A stretch of 64,000 bases of DNA. It comes from Botryllus schlosseri (lineage: Eukaryota). The DNA lies in assembly GCA_051294905.1 (NCBI GenBank), contig CM119372.1, forward strand, positions 37,758,001-37,822,000. Direction: 5' to 3'. A program made the translations under genes and the position numbers. The notes beneath the pieces are model-generated. The model was not told the DNA's origin. It made no database searches and saw nothing but the letters and a program-made list of their open reading frames with translations. Below, in pieces: positions 23,883 to 38,200 of the stretch (positions within the stretch are counted from its first letter, which is position 1; every line of letters starts with the position of its first letter).

Positions 23883-24511
23883 CCCTAGAGCATGGTAGAC
23901 AGTAATATCTGAAATCATGTTATTATGATAGTATAAGACTTCGACAGTTAAATAGTAAACATCATTGACCCAATGTTTCGTTTGAGACTTCGGTCTGCCT
24001 AAAATTGTAGCAAACCATCTTGGTTCACTACAAACTGGGCTCAGATCTTACTTTACAGAGATAGGCAAATATGATTCCACACTACTGAGAAATCCATTTC
24101 GTGTTGATGTTAGGCAAGTGGTTGACGACTGGCAAGATGAACTATAATCTGCCCAGAAAGCGATTCAAGATGTCGTACCCTATTCTAAGATGGTGTCACC
24201 ATGACTGAATTCTAGATCCAGTAGTTCTTGTCATATTTACAAATCAGCACAAATTCCAACGTCGTGATTGTAAAAGTTAGTATTTTCTTTCCCGTTGAGC
24301 ATAACGTTTAGATTGTGCTACGCGCGTGATGTTCATGCTGACAAATCCTGCTCACTGCTATCGTCTATAGCAGTGGTTCTTAAACTGGGGGCACGAAACT
24401 GCGATGAACTGCAAAAAAAATCGACTTACCTCCAATTCATAGTTATTGCTCTGTGTATAGTCCCGAATTCATATTTGAGAATTCGGTCATCAACAGTCAT
24501 AACGTCTATGC

Positions 24512-27500
24512 CAGTGGTTCCCAACCTTTTTTGTGGTTTTCCCCCTTTTCGGCAATATTCGAATGGAATTCCCCCCTAAAAACTTAGTTTGCTAAAATGT
24601 GGTTGGCATTGAATATCTTAATGTATTTCTCAGTGGTTATAAGCTCTTTAGTCTCTTTGTTCTAAAGTTGATGGTCATGAACGTTGCTGAAACGAATTTT
24701 ATTCAAGGAATGTGTGCAAAATATAAGAGGCATTCCATATAACAATCAGTGTGAAGCTTGTGATTGCTTTTGTTTCGACAACTCATGAATGCGTGGAAGA
24801 GTATTGGACAGAGCGCAGCGAATATCGTTCTCCACGTTTAACCTGTTTCTTTGCTTTGTTTTCATTTGTAAAAGCGTTGAAAATCCTGATTCACATAGGT
24901 AAGTGGAGACGTACGGAAGGATAGTTCTAATAGCTCTCTCGGCTACTTTGGGATATGAATCACACATCAATGGCCAAAATTCGGTAATTGACTTTTCCCT
25001 AAACAAGTCTCTTGCGCGAGAATCCGTTTTGAGTTCTAAAAATTCATCCTGCAACTTATCAGGAACTTTTTCTACCGGCAATGTGAATGGACATCGGATT
25101 AAATCAAGCTCATCGTCATCAATTTCGGGAAAATATCGAATGAATTCTGATTCCAGAGACGCCAGATGTTGCAAAATCAATTCTTTTTCCATCTGTGGAA
25201 TAATTTGTTCCTTGCCATCAACAACCAGGACTGATGATAATACTTCAAACATTGCAACATTGCTCAATCGAACTATTCTCTTCCAGTTGTCCAGTTTGCT
25301 GGTGAAAGCTTTCAAACCGTCTTTAAATAGTATTATATTGGTGCTTTCCCTTGCATCTTCAGATTTAGTTTATTCAATTGACCAAACATATCTACCAAAT
25401 AAGCAAGACGTCTAATCCATTCATCATCATTCAGCAATGCAACAAATTCCGATTTCTTTTGAACCTCAAAAAATAATTTAAGCTCGTTTCTCAGCTCGAA
25501 CACACGTTGGGTAACATTTCCCCTTGAAAGCCAACGAGTACTCGTATGAAAAAGAAGTACCTGGTGATCTGCATCCATATCATTGCACAGTTTCTTGAAC
25601 AATCGGGAGTTAAGAGCACTTCCTTTAACGAAGTTGACCATTTTAACTACCTGATCAAGAACTTCGCGTAAAGGAGCAGGAAGCGTTTTAGAAGCCAGCG
25701 CATGACGATGAATCATACAGTGAATACCTTTTACATTCGGACTTTGTCTTTTAACATGAGCTTGAAATCCAGATCGGGATCCTAGCATAGCAGGGGCTCC
25801 GTCTGTACAACACCCACATACGTTTTTCCACAAAAGATCTTCGGATTCAAAGAACGAAGAAACTTTTTCAAAAATGTTAACAGCTTTAGTAGTTGTTTCC
25901 AGACAGGAACAAAAAAGAAGCTCCTCTTTGAATGCATTTGAATGGACATACTTTACAAATACCATTAACTGGGAACACGATGCAACATCAGTAGATTCAT
26001 CCAGTTCAATCGAAAAGACGTCAAACGCAGAAGACTTGATCTCCTGTATAACTTGATCTTTTATATCTAACGCCATGTCTTCGATCCTTCTCTGAACTGT
26101 ATTATTTGATAATGAAACGGCAGCAACTTTTTCTTTCCCTTCGTTTCCAAGCACAAGTTCAACAATTTTTAATGCACAAGGTTTTATCACATCTTCACCA
26201 ATCGTATGAGGCTTTTTATTCCTCGCTATTTCCAAAGCAACATAGTAAGAAGCTTCCACTGCATTTCTGCTTGTTTCAGTATGGCCCATTTGAATCTAGT
26301 CTCATCTTTTTCAAAGCACAACTGTGACGCTCGAAAAATATTCTACTTTTATCCTTGTGTTGTGAGTGAACATTTTGTAAATGCTGTTTCAACTTTGTTG
26401 GTCTCAAAGAATCGTTTGTCAGAACTTTATCGCATAACACACATTGAGGTCTCTCTCAATTTTTATTGATACATATAAAGCCATATTCAATATATGAATT
26501 GACGTATTTTCTCTTTTTGATACTCATGTTAGATAAAACGTAAAAGGGATATTTCTTTTTAACGCTGCTGAACAATATTAGGCTTACTTCCTATTAATGA
26601 AAATTCAGAAACGAAAGTTGGAACACACAACAATGATTGTTAATGAGCACAAAATTGAAAGCTGTCACAAATACAGTTGGAAACGTGATCATATTATTTA
26701 CAATGTGTACTTGTACAAACATTCAAAGTTTGGTAATATTAAGATTAGATGATGACCAAGACAAGACACGGAGCTCGCGATGAATTTGTAATCGTGAAAC
26801 CCCAGTTCAATATACTCATAACCTTTCGATACTCTCAACCAAGGGCGTTTCAGACGAAAGCAAAGGGGGTTCACTTTGATCTATATGTTTCGTCGTTATC
26901 AAGTATTGAGCAAGCAAAGACGTCCTGGTGCCAGTTTTAACGTTTTCTCAAGATTTGATTTGTAACTAATCAATAACAACTGCGCACTCTCGCATAGCCA
27001 AATTTAATTGCGTAGGAGCAGCCAACCACGACCACCAATTGCAAATACAGAGGCGTCTGCCCATGAATACCTCAATTGTTCTGTAGGCAGCCAGGCATGG
27101 TTCAATCATCTCCTACTAACCGGGAAAACAATTTCAGCAACAGAGTAAATTGTAAATTGGTTACCGTTACTATTCACGAAATCCTTCCGCGGTAATAACC
27201 GCTGCGCTAAACTGACACTGCTCAGCGAGCTACCTAGCAATCGCGAATGTGAATGGTTGTGTTGGTAATATGAGTTTGTAAATGTGATTGTCACTTCCAA
27301 GGCCAATGGAGTTCATATCTCACCTATTATTGCGAAGACAATGTCGATTTGAACACTGGATTGTCATACAGGTGCCGTATAGTGTCTGCTTTTCTCCGGA
27401 AGCAGAGAAGACATTGCGCAAGCCTTGATTCATTTCAGAGGGCTCGGGCGAAGGGAATTCGCGTGTGATATTCTGGTCAGCATGACAGCAACTTTGTTTT

Positions 27501-27723
27501 TGCAAGCAAAACTCATTCAGTTTTTCGCCTGAGTATAATTTGAAACTGTGGTATTTGACAAACTGCAAACCCAAGCTTCTTAAATAATGCAGTACATTTC
27601 ACAAGCTATTCGTACTTTACTTTATATACCGTGTAAGTTTGACTCATCGGGAAGCCAAATTCCCCCCTAGAAATTCCAAAATTCCCCCCAAGGGGGGAAT
27701 TCCTCCCCGGTTGGGAACCACTG
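24512..27723 (-). mobile_element. hAT (Buster/Charlie, ZBED5/SCAND3-like) DNA transposon, 3212 bp
   Basis: TIR CAGTGGTTCCCAACC...GGTTGGGAACCACTG; perfect 8-bp TSD GTCTATGC (24504-24511 and 27724-27731). Confidence 0.95.
24746..26527 (-). pseudogene. Buster-type hAT transposase with a nonsense codon and two frameshifts
   Basis: MSIKKRKY...*ERPQCVLC...KLKQHL..VH (BED finger), then FSIELDESTD, CTDGAPAM, HCMIHRHAL, TRWLSRG, then YLCESGFS. TGA at ~26456; frame changes at ~26290 and ~25330. Confidence 0.92.
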
Positions 27724-29201
27724 GTCTATGCCATCAAACTATCCGTTGGTATTGCCAGCATTCTGGTTGCATTTTGTGATATGGAGATAAGGGGGATGCG
27801 AAATTTTTCACTATCATATAGCGGGGTGTCTAAAAAGTTTGAGAACCACTGGTCTATAGCCTCCAGCAAAATTGCAGAAGAGGAATGCAAGGATTTCTGT
27901 AGCAGTATATGTGAGCATTACAACGCATAATCAACTCGATATTCGTTACTCGATTCAGACATGATGGCAACTCAATCTGTAGTTCAATCATCTCGCCAGA
28001 TGCAGGGACTTGACTTGGCTTGACTTGACTTGACTCCCAAGTCACCTTCTCAAATCAATAGACTTGACTTTACTTGACTTACCTTCAAAAATTGAGTCAC
28101 TTGACTTTATTCGAGTCTAAATCTGCAAGAGTTGTAACTTGATCCCAAAATCGATTTGTTTTACTGTTGAAACTCGGTGCCTTTCATTGAACACTATCTT
28201 TCACTAATTAGGTCGGCCATAATCAAAAAAAGGTTGCTATTCTGGAGTGCCTTTATTTCGTCGTATAGTAGGCTCACGTATCACTAACCGATATTTTCCG
28301 ATCGCTCGGATGCCGACGGTCTTGGCAATGTTGCTGCAACCGCGCTGACGCAGAGCTTTGAAATCGCTATCTCTAATATCGTCACAGTTCTTATGCCATG
28401 CATTCTAGTTACAACTTGCATGTGCTCGCACATACTATTCAAAAACTAAAACATGCACATGTATTTGTATGGAGTTAGGAATGTATGATACTAAACTACT
28501 ATTCCTTGGTGATTAACCTATCCTCAAAGATGTTGTTGATATATATTGCAAAGAGTCGTAATACAAAATCGTCAATATATTTGAAAACAATAACGTTGAC
28601 AGTATAATGGAAGAAAAGCACACATGGGGTAACTCTAAATAGTGATGAAGGGCTGTGACAGATAAATAATAAAATGTGGTCTGTTAATCGGGCAGCTTAA
28701 TCAAATATATGATATAATACATACAAAAAGACCAGAATAGAAACTAAAACAGGGAAATTGCGTTGAAGTAAATATCAATTGTTTGTTGACGAATAAAATA
28801 TATCCTAAAGATATCCCTCATCCTTGGGCGTTAATCATGCTGACTACGCCGAAGATAGTTCTTGGGCGTTGCTTGATAGTTTTACCGCGTACATAAGGAT
28901 AAAGTAGAGCAATAATGATTAAATGCTTTCCACAGGACCGGCTAACGAGTCTAAAAATAATTCATTTTACTCAAATCAGTGATAATCTATTAGAGAAAAC
29001 TGCTTCCTGCTTTATCAACACTTGAAAGGACACGCATGGAGAATTGGAGCCATATCCCCCCATAAATTGGGGCAGATTGAATGAGAATTGTACGGAGATA
29101 GGCAGCTGTTAGTGGATTTCATCTGACATCATATCAGTGAACCCGCGGTGTCTATTGCGATTTGATATTAATCTACGTCTTTAATAACTATCCATTACCT
29201 C

Positions 29202-32200
29202 CTACGTATCTTGTAGTCTTGTGAGCAGCATCAGTACAATGTATGGACAAAATGCGATCGATATGAGTGGAATACACCGAAATCCACTTGACCCAGTTGT
29301 CAGCTCGATGGGTACAATCAAGCTGGCTGTATTCGGGTACGATACAGTTATAGGAGGGGAAGGACACTTTTCACTATCGTCGTAAGCTTTCTTTATTTGT
29401 GGCACCGGTCTGGGCTCGTCGAACTGAAAAATATCAGGATTGTAGGAATGTGAAGTAGGCCTATCACACCAATATCATATCCCAGCTCTCGATGAAGTGA
29501 AATCACCTGCAGGAGCTGATAGAAATACTTTTATGTAACCTGTTTTTCGGCTGCTGAAGATGTTAACAATAGCAGCTGCTCTAATTTCAGAGCAATTGTT
29601 ACAAATGTTAGCTTCTGGCCCCTCCAAATTATCGTTTTGAAGTCATATCGTATAAAACATTCCCTTGTGAATATTCATACTCGTTACCGAAATGGTCATA
29701 TGTATCACAACCAAGATGTTTCCCCGAGTCCAAAAAGTCCTTGCAAAATCAGTTAGCGATTCATACCGTTTCAATATTGTGTTTACATATCTGCCTGTTA
29801 AATGCGGGAGTGGTGGTTTGCTGGCGGCATCGCCCACAATGCTATCAAAGCCCTGAGCAGCTGTATTACATGCTTGAGTACAATTGGAAATCTAAGAATT
29901 AACGTTGAATACAGTTGTCGACACTACGTTTCTAGCAGACATTCATTAATGTTGTCACCAACGCAGAGCAATCACGGCTATCTACAAAGCTTTGTACGTA
30001 GTTTACTCATCTATGTGACCTGATTCAGTGCCCTATACGGAACGGTCAAAATTTTTGGTTCCATTGCCTTTGTTAAATTCCAATTACCATCATACGTGAG
30101 ACAAGATTTAATGCGTAATCTACCTGGATTGGTCCGCACTGAACGTACACTTGAGTTCTCAACACTTGTTCATTGTAAATGCGGATTTTCTCTTTAGTCC
30201 ACTGGAACTGAAATGAAATCAGAATACTTTGAAATTTCAGCCGAAAGCAGTTCAATATGGCGTAGTAAATGGTAATTCGGCAAAGCTAGTGCATTGTTTT
30301 TGAAAGAAGACTTATTACCTCAAGTCTGCAACTCATGGCCATAAGAAGTAGCTATTATTCAAATTAAATTTTTGACTAGATACTTTCTTGATCCGCTTCA
30401 AACGAAATACGTGGTTTTATCTTTCACAATTACGGTGATACTATTTTTATACACTAATTCTGTAAATAATGCTACACTTGAAACAGACTATGCTCTTATG
30501 ATTCTAGATAGAGAAGGAAGGCAAATATTTTGCAACGATGAAAATAAAACGTCACAAATAACGTGTTGCGTCAATAATGGATATTCGATACATAAAAGTG
30601 CCTTATGCCTTTAAAATACTAACGTCGATAGTTAATACCTGTTCAGCAACTTTTAGTAGTTCATCGGTCTGTGAAGCTCCAACTGTCCTGGTAATCACTA
30701 CAAAAGTACTGACATGACATATAACGTTCGGATAATATATAGGTTTCACTTTACCGCTTTCAGTCGGCGCTGTTTCGCATTCGGTTAAATTCACTTTCCT
30801 AGGATAATACCCAAGATGTGCTAAGCACGACTCGCCACCTTGCGAGTTGTTGACCTGGATAAAATATGCATTGTATAGAGATTGTAAAGATTGTCCTCTT
30901 TTCAGTATATCCAATGTCATACTGTCCTACCACACCAATTCGAATGAGCTCAAGACCAATCAACTTCAACTCATTTACATCACTCGATATACTTTCCGCA
31001 TATTACTAGCACTAATAGGACCATCATAAATTCACTTACAAATGTGATTTCGTCGCGTGTCTCGGTATTGAAGGTACATTCAACGATCAGATTGTCGCCC
31101 TTTCGCAATTGCACATTTCCCGGTAGATATGCAGTTTGGAAGCTCTCATGTCGGAATGCATTATCCGTAGCTACAGGACCCAATTCTACGCCATTTCTAT
31201 AAGATATCAGACTTGTTAAATAAACTAACTTAAACGAACGAGATGCCCATTTCTACACAATACGATAGATTCATGTTTCTAAATACGTATCATAGATCTT
31301 TACTAGTTTCAGATATCTAATAGTTTCTTCTTCACTAGCTCAAATTGATGATAACCAGAACATTTAAACAACTATATTAGCATAGTATACACCAGTGGTC
31401 AGGAACCTTTTTTGTCCGAAGAGCCATATTGGCCCTATTTTTTCCATTTTAACTCCCAAAGAGCCATACTTGTAGATCGACTGTTACGTCACAATTGAAA
31501 CTTCGTGACGTCGTGGTAGCACTAATTTCAACTAACTACATGGGAAATGTCGCGTGCGCCATATTTTCTCTGTTAAAACCCGTTCTAATCATACTGGTTA
31601 CCTTATTTAAGCATGCAAAACATGAGTTACTAGAACGTAGGCTCGTCGTGATTGTCCTTTTAAATGCGAGAACTCATGATCACATGCGTAAGTGGAGTCA
31701 AACATGGCCACTACAGCAGTAATATGCCTACCAATCTAAAATTTGTGATACATCAGTGACGTCGGGTTAGGGGAGGCAAGTGAGGCAGTACCTCACCTGT
31801 CGTCAGGATGAGTGAACGAAAATTGTGAAACTTTCAATTACTTTTGGTATCTTCTATCGATGTTCATGAATGACACGATTTTTAACATTTTTTTCCCGAA
31901 ATCACACAATTAGCATATTTATTGTTCGGAAATAAAGCGCGAAACGAGAGGCAAGGTACAGACGCAGACACAGACCATTGATTACACAATTCATCGTAAA
32001 CAGCTTATGATTTATTATAACTGATATTAATCTAGTCTAATTGTCACCGAGATTCCGAAGATCTAAATCCTCAAAGTAATCGGCAGTTACATATAACGCT
32101 GCGCCGCACGCCTACGTCTTATAGCCGGTAGTACAGAGCGTATTGGGCCTACCAATCAAAAACATGGATAGCTACTACATTTTTTGTAATTTGAGTATTA

Positions 32201-35200
32201 TAATTGAGAACGTAACGTCCACGGCAGTTCATTTCGCACCGTAGATCAGTAAGATAATATGTATTTGAAAACTGCGTTGTCATATGGGCGTCGCCATGTC
32301 TGCTATTCTCTTTGATCAATCAACGTATTGTGCAATCCAAAAATTTCGAGTCGGGCACATCGAATTCGGGAGTTATATTGGTCGCCGGCGAGACAGTAAC
32401 TTAAATTTGATGATTTTGAAAAGAGGGGGTTCCTGCCCCCAAACCTGAAGACGGCGTTGTATTTACCTCTCAAAGCCATGTGTATATTGCCACGAGAATA
32501 CTTATTCTGGCCGTGATGAAAATTTTCTAGAAAGTTGCTGCAATATTGATCAATTTAGTACAACAATATATATTTGGAAAAGAGGCATATTTTATACCCA
32601 ATAGAGCTATATATGGCTCGCAGTGCCTCACCTGTGTACTAGATTTTGAACATTTTTACTACCAAAATCACGTAACTTATTGCCTATTTATTGTCAGAAA
32701 ATAAAGTTCGAAACAGAGGACAAGACATTGTGATAGGGCAATTCACCGTAAATATCATTGAATGTATAATGACTGATATTATTCGAATATAATTGTGTCA
32801 CTGATTCCGATTCGGCTTCTTAATTCTCACGTGTTCGACGGTAGCATTTGCGCAACACGCCTACATTTTAACAGCGTCTACAAAGCTACGTTATCAATCA
32901 AGAACGTGGATAGCTATCGCGTTGTTGGTAAGTTCAATTTGTAATTGTGAATGTCACTTCCACCGCAATTTATTTCTCGCCGCAGATCAGAAAGACAATG
33001 CATATTTGAAAATTGCATTGTGATACAGGCGCCGCCATCTCACCTCGTCTCTTTGATCAATGAATGCATCCTGCAATTCAAGATTTCGTACCGGGTACAT
33101 CGAATTTATTGCGAGTGATATTGGTCGCCGGCGCGACAGCAACTTAAATTTGAGGATTTTGAAAATGGGGCTAACCTTGAATACGTCACTGTAATAACCT
33201 CTCAAACACATTTTATACTGCCACAAGAATAATTTATACTGCTCGTGCAGAAGATTTAATAACTCGTTGCTGCAATATTGATAAATAAGGCACAAAAATG
33301 AAAATTTCGCAAAGAGCCATACCATATGCCTAAAAGAGCCATATATGGCTCGCGAGCCATAGGTTCCCGACCACTGGTATACACGATGTATCTATTGTAA
33401 TTTGATGTAATAATATTACAATGATCAACATTAACATCCATTATATTATTTTATGATGATGCCTATGGCGATTTTTTACATGTAAAAAAGGTCACAATTT
33501 TGTCGAAATAGGTGCGTTGGGTAAAAAAAACGTCAAAATTGTTTACGATGTCAAAAAAAATTGCAACCTGCATTTTGTTTGTATCGTGGATGTTTGCCCT
33601 GACGGTGAACTTATCATTTCACATTTTGGATCTTGTAGCCTACTTTATAGGTCTACTGTTGTAGACGGTCCATTGTCTGCTCATTGTAAATCATAAACGG
33701 TCAAATGAAATAAATAGTTTGACATGATGGTATGCTCAACGTAGCGCCATATCCAAACTGAGGCAGAGTCACTGCGTGGACATTGGTGCTTATACCAAGA
33801 AGCGCATGATGAAAAATTGTGACGTAGACAACATTGTTAGAATGAAGCAACGCAGTGTGTCACCAGCAGTTTACGCACAACTTCAGTGTTGCCAGCCAAC
33901 AACTGCTACAGTGGAACGTTTTTTCTTCATTCTTGGCAAGTTACTTTGCAAATACAGACACTTTATCCCGATAATGTTGGAAAGTATCTTTCGTCGTGCT
34001 ACAACGAATTTTAGCTATTTCTACCATAATGCGTGACGAAACTACTGGAATTCTTCATAGGTTCGTTAAAATATAGTTTTTTCATGTAAACATTTGTCAG
34101 TCTTAGGATAAATAAGTTTTTTCAGGTCAAACTACTTCGTAAGGACAGACAGTTCCAGCCAGAAATGTAAATAAGTACTACAATTCTTACGTTATGTGCG
34201 AAAACACCCCTAATTTACATACATGAGGGCAAAATTATGTAAAAATTAAAATTCAGGTCAAAACATATCAAAATTTGATTTTTGCGTCAAAATCTTCTGT
34301 TTTTAGGTCAAAAAATCGCTTAATGATCACACATTAATAAAACTGCTTTTTTCGTATGAAATGAAAACTGCTTTACATTTAGGAGACACGCTCGTCTGTT
34401 TCAGATTATAGTAGGCCAGTATATGATAGTATTGACTTTTCAGTATATACATATAAGTGTGCATTGAATTTTTGCGTTTTTGAAGAAAAAAATCAGTGAG
34501 ACTGGGAGTGTGTCTGTTTGCAATTCAATGTAGGCATGCAGTGGAACGGGAAATAATTTAATCTAGTTACACGTATTCACCCCAATGCCAATATAGAGAT
34601 AGAACTGTAGTACGATAAGCGGACAAGTTATGTATCTTATATGGCTCATTGCTTATAATCGTAGAGTATTAAAAATAAGGATAATATGACTACTGTTGAA
34701 GTGCGTCAGTAGAATTTCCCTCTTTAATTACTGGAGATAGTCAGGCGTGTCACCAGAGGTGGTCAGTAACGAAGTACTTCTACTTTTTCGAAGTACTCAT
34801 GTAGTTTAACCCTACTTCTGGCACTTACTCAAGTAGATATGTTTTTCGCTACTTCTACTTCTACTTCGTGATATTTTGTGAACGACTTACTTACTTTTCG
34901 ATATTTTGAATCTGTCAAGTATAAGTAGTTTTATCCCCCAATAAGAAAGATAGCCTAAGGAATTTCGGGGCTGTTTTCACGTAGTACCAACATTTAATTT
35001 TCATAAAAGTCATGTATTACCCGGAATTTTCGTCGCGCTTCGCGTACAGTAGATATGCAGTAGCAAATATGTTTTAACGAAAGTGTCGCTGAATATAATT
35101 TAGAGGCCGGATTGCGTGGTTCCGTTCACACCGCATTGTCGCCTATATCAAATATTTCATCACAATAAGTATGACCCCCCTTAACGTTTGAAACTGCCGT

Positions 35201-38200
35201 TTCGCAATCTAGCAATTACCTATCATACCTAGCAGCTCATGGCGTGTCCTAATCTGGAAAAATGAACCTGTTTAAGCAGACCGCCGTTGAAACTTTCTGG
35301 ACAAAAGACTAGAACTATATTTTACTCTTTTTAGAAGTGGTATTTGTATATTCTTTCAATGATGAGTATTATACGATGACTTCTAATTATAGTTTCAGTT
35401 CTTTTGCCTGGAGAACATACATGTTGAAGCATAAAAGCAAGTGTAGTAATGCCTTAAATTTTCCAGAAATAAAGCTATACACCAGGGGTTCTCAACCTGG
35501 GGGGCGCGCCCCCCTTGGGGGGCGCGGGAGGCTCTCAGGGGGGGCGCGAAAAATTGACGAAGTCAGTATAGGGGGGCGCGAAAAATTCACAAAGTCAGTA
35601 TAAATTGTACGTGTCTGAACATGTGTTTCACATCCATTATGAGAAGACGATGAATGAAGATGAAATTTATTCCATATTCAAGAAAGCTTGCAAAATACAA
35701 ACTCTAGCAACAGCGCTCAACTGAGTATAGTCTGATTTCAACTTCATCTGAGCAAATTTTTAAAATTCTTTGGAGATATAGAGAGCAATTCTCACGTGTA
35801 AGTCATTCATTGCTTCATAGCTTTGACAGTAGCCTAAAGCTTGTCGCGCTGGGCAGCTCTTGTTAGTAGCTTGCGAACTGCACTGCCTAAGACAGACTTA
35901 GATGCAACATAGGTTACCCGGTTTCGCCCTCAATTAGGCTATAAATCAACACAATTAATTCATTTCGAAAACTGATCAAATTTAGCCTGACAGGACAGAA
36001 CGACGCCTTGCTCTCTGTACTCACTAGCAGCATCAGGATTAGTCTCAGGGTGACCTACATTGAAGTTAATTGGATGTCTTGTTCAATGTTTTTTGTTATT
36101 TTCAAACAAATTTGAAGAAATTTGTCAGCAATGTAAAAGACTCAACAACTGGAATGCAGATTCAAAATTTGCGTAAGATATACCTTATGTATACTATTAG
36201 ATCAGGGGTGCGCAGCCTGCAGCCGTAGAAGGGAATTTGAGCGGCCGTCGACGCCTAATTCAATTAGTATGTGTTTGCGGCCGTAGACATGCAAATTACA
36301 ATTACGAATTCACTCCCGCATTTTTGAGAGATTTTAATTAATCTTGAAATTTTCTTCGCCCTCCACGCAATTCAACAAGACTTCATTTTTCTATTTTAAT
36401 GCAGTAGCGCCCTTCTTAATCTGAGCCGGAATGGGAATTGGCAAGAAATAGCAATTCGTTCGCGGCCCTGCAAAATTTTCGCGCCCCGCGCGACAATATG
36501 CACATCCCGGCAACTATTCATAACATTGCCACTCGCGATTTCGGTGCGTACAATTGGCCATTGTGAAAAGTAGAATAGTCCGGAGTTCACTGGGAATGGA
36601 TATGGACAGTTTACCGTAGGAATTTTGCGTCCAGATCGTTCATTGCGGCTATGCCCTGGAATGCGGCCTTACGCTACATAAGCAATCGAAATGCGGTCAT
36701 GATTATTAAAAACGTTGCCCACCTCTGTATTAGATGATGTGCTCTTTTTGACATGACGATGAATGCAAGGGGGGTCAGGGGGGCGCGAGTTTTTTGACCA
36801 TCTCCAAGGGGGGCGCGTGTCAAAAAAGGTTGAGAACCACTGCTATACACTATATGGAATTTTTACGATCTGCCATATTTTTAATTATCGTATACTAATC
36901 ACGCAAAGTTTTGAAGCCGTATCCGACACAACTTCTCCGTATTGCTCTTCGAATGAACTAAGGGCCTTATATTATCGGGGAGGGCGCCATGCCATGATAT
37001 TCTCTAAAACGGGGTGTTCGGGTAAACGAAGTATTAATATGGCATTTCTATATCAATACTATCATTTACATCCCATGATATGGACGAATGCTTATTCTGT
37101 CAAAAATTGACACCTCCTGGGATACATCAATATGAATCAAGCAATCTACACTTTCCGCATAGCTCCATTTGCAGCTTTTGCCAGTCCATGCGAACGAATT
37201 ACGATCGTTTTCGCAACTACTTACTTACTTGAGTAGATTTAAAGTCAATCAATTCTGCTTCAAGTAGGTTTTGGTTGCTTATGAAAGAAGTTCTTCTACT
37301 CGTACTTAAGTAGATGTTTTTCGTCGCTACTTCCACTTCTACTTGAGTAGCTTTCTTGACTACTTTGACCACCTCTGCGTGTCACATAGTTCCATGATTT
37401 TGTAGTGAAGAAATTCAGCCCACCTGAAATGCCGCAAACGTATCCGCTTTCCTAGCTCCCTCGTATATACGGTAGAAGTAAACAATGTTACTGGAGTATC
37501 TTCGGAAATTGTCTGGAAACATTTTGTTTGTATTTGAAATATGCCGTGGAATCTCCATAAGTAAGACCCCGCACTCACCAACCGGATGCATTCTGTAATG
37601 CAGTGTCCCTGTAGTTGGAAATCTGGTGCCCTGGGTGGAATGATCTGGCTTTGGTGAACTAGGCTTCCTGTGGTCAAGATTCCCGCGTCGAATTCGCGCA
37701 ATGTGGATGTGTAATGTATTTTCATGCCCGACGAATCTTCAAACGGTGATATATGTAATTACAGTAACCGTTGAATAAATATCATCGCATTGAAATTGGA
37801 CTAACGTTGTATTACAGATGTATCTATTCATGATACTACGATTGTAAGTCCACTAGACCAGTAATTCTCAACCGGGGTCCGCGAAGCCTCCAAATTTGCA
37901 AAATGGTTGATAACCTAATTTGTAAATTACGAGGCAGTTTCGCTCTATAATTGCCCAAACGTCGGGACCCAAATAAACAGAATGGCCATCTAAAATGATA
38001 TATTCTACTGTGCAAACTCATTTTAATTGCCAATAGCCTAAACCTATTGCTGTTTAAAGATGTTTTGTTTGGGTTTTGGAAAAATTTGTTTGAAAAAACC
38101 ATATTCTCTGCAATCTCCGGTGATGTACATAAACGCTGTTCCAGAATAACTACATGATGACTTGCTAAATAGAAATAAGTAGGCTGAATGTTGTATGTTT

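Larger units (their letters stand above)
24371..27851. mobile_element. hAT MITE hosting the 3.2 kb transposon
   Basis: TIR CAGTGGTTCT...AGAACCACTG; TSD GTCTATAG on both sides; the rejoined halves match the MITE at 4956-5267. Confidence 0.88.
34754..37377. mobile_element. hAT element, outer layer of a triple nest
   Basis: CAGAGGTGGTCA...TGACCACCTCTG; TSD CGTGTCAC; TACTT-rich subterminal repeats. Confidence 0.88.

Noticed and set aside
27990-28145. GACTT-rich short repeats (also ~55250-55450) superficially like a spaced array
   Set aside because: Irregular subterminal repeats of DNA transposons with no fixed repeat-spacer period; not CRISPR.
29440-30030. Mostly open minus-strand frame in the last intron of gene B
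   Set aside because: Interrupted by stops, no motif, and not needed for the gene model.
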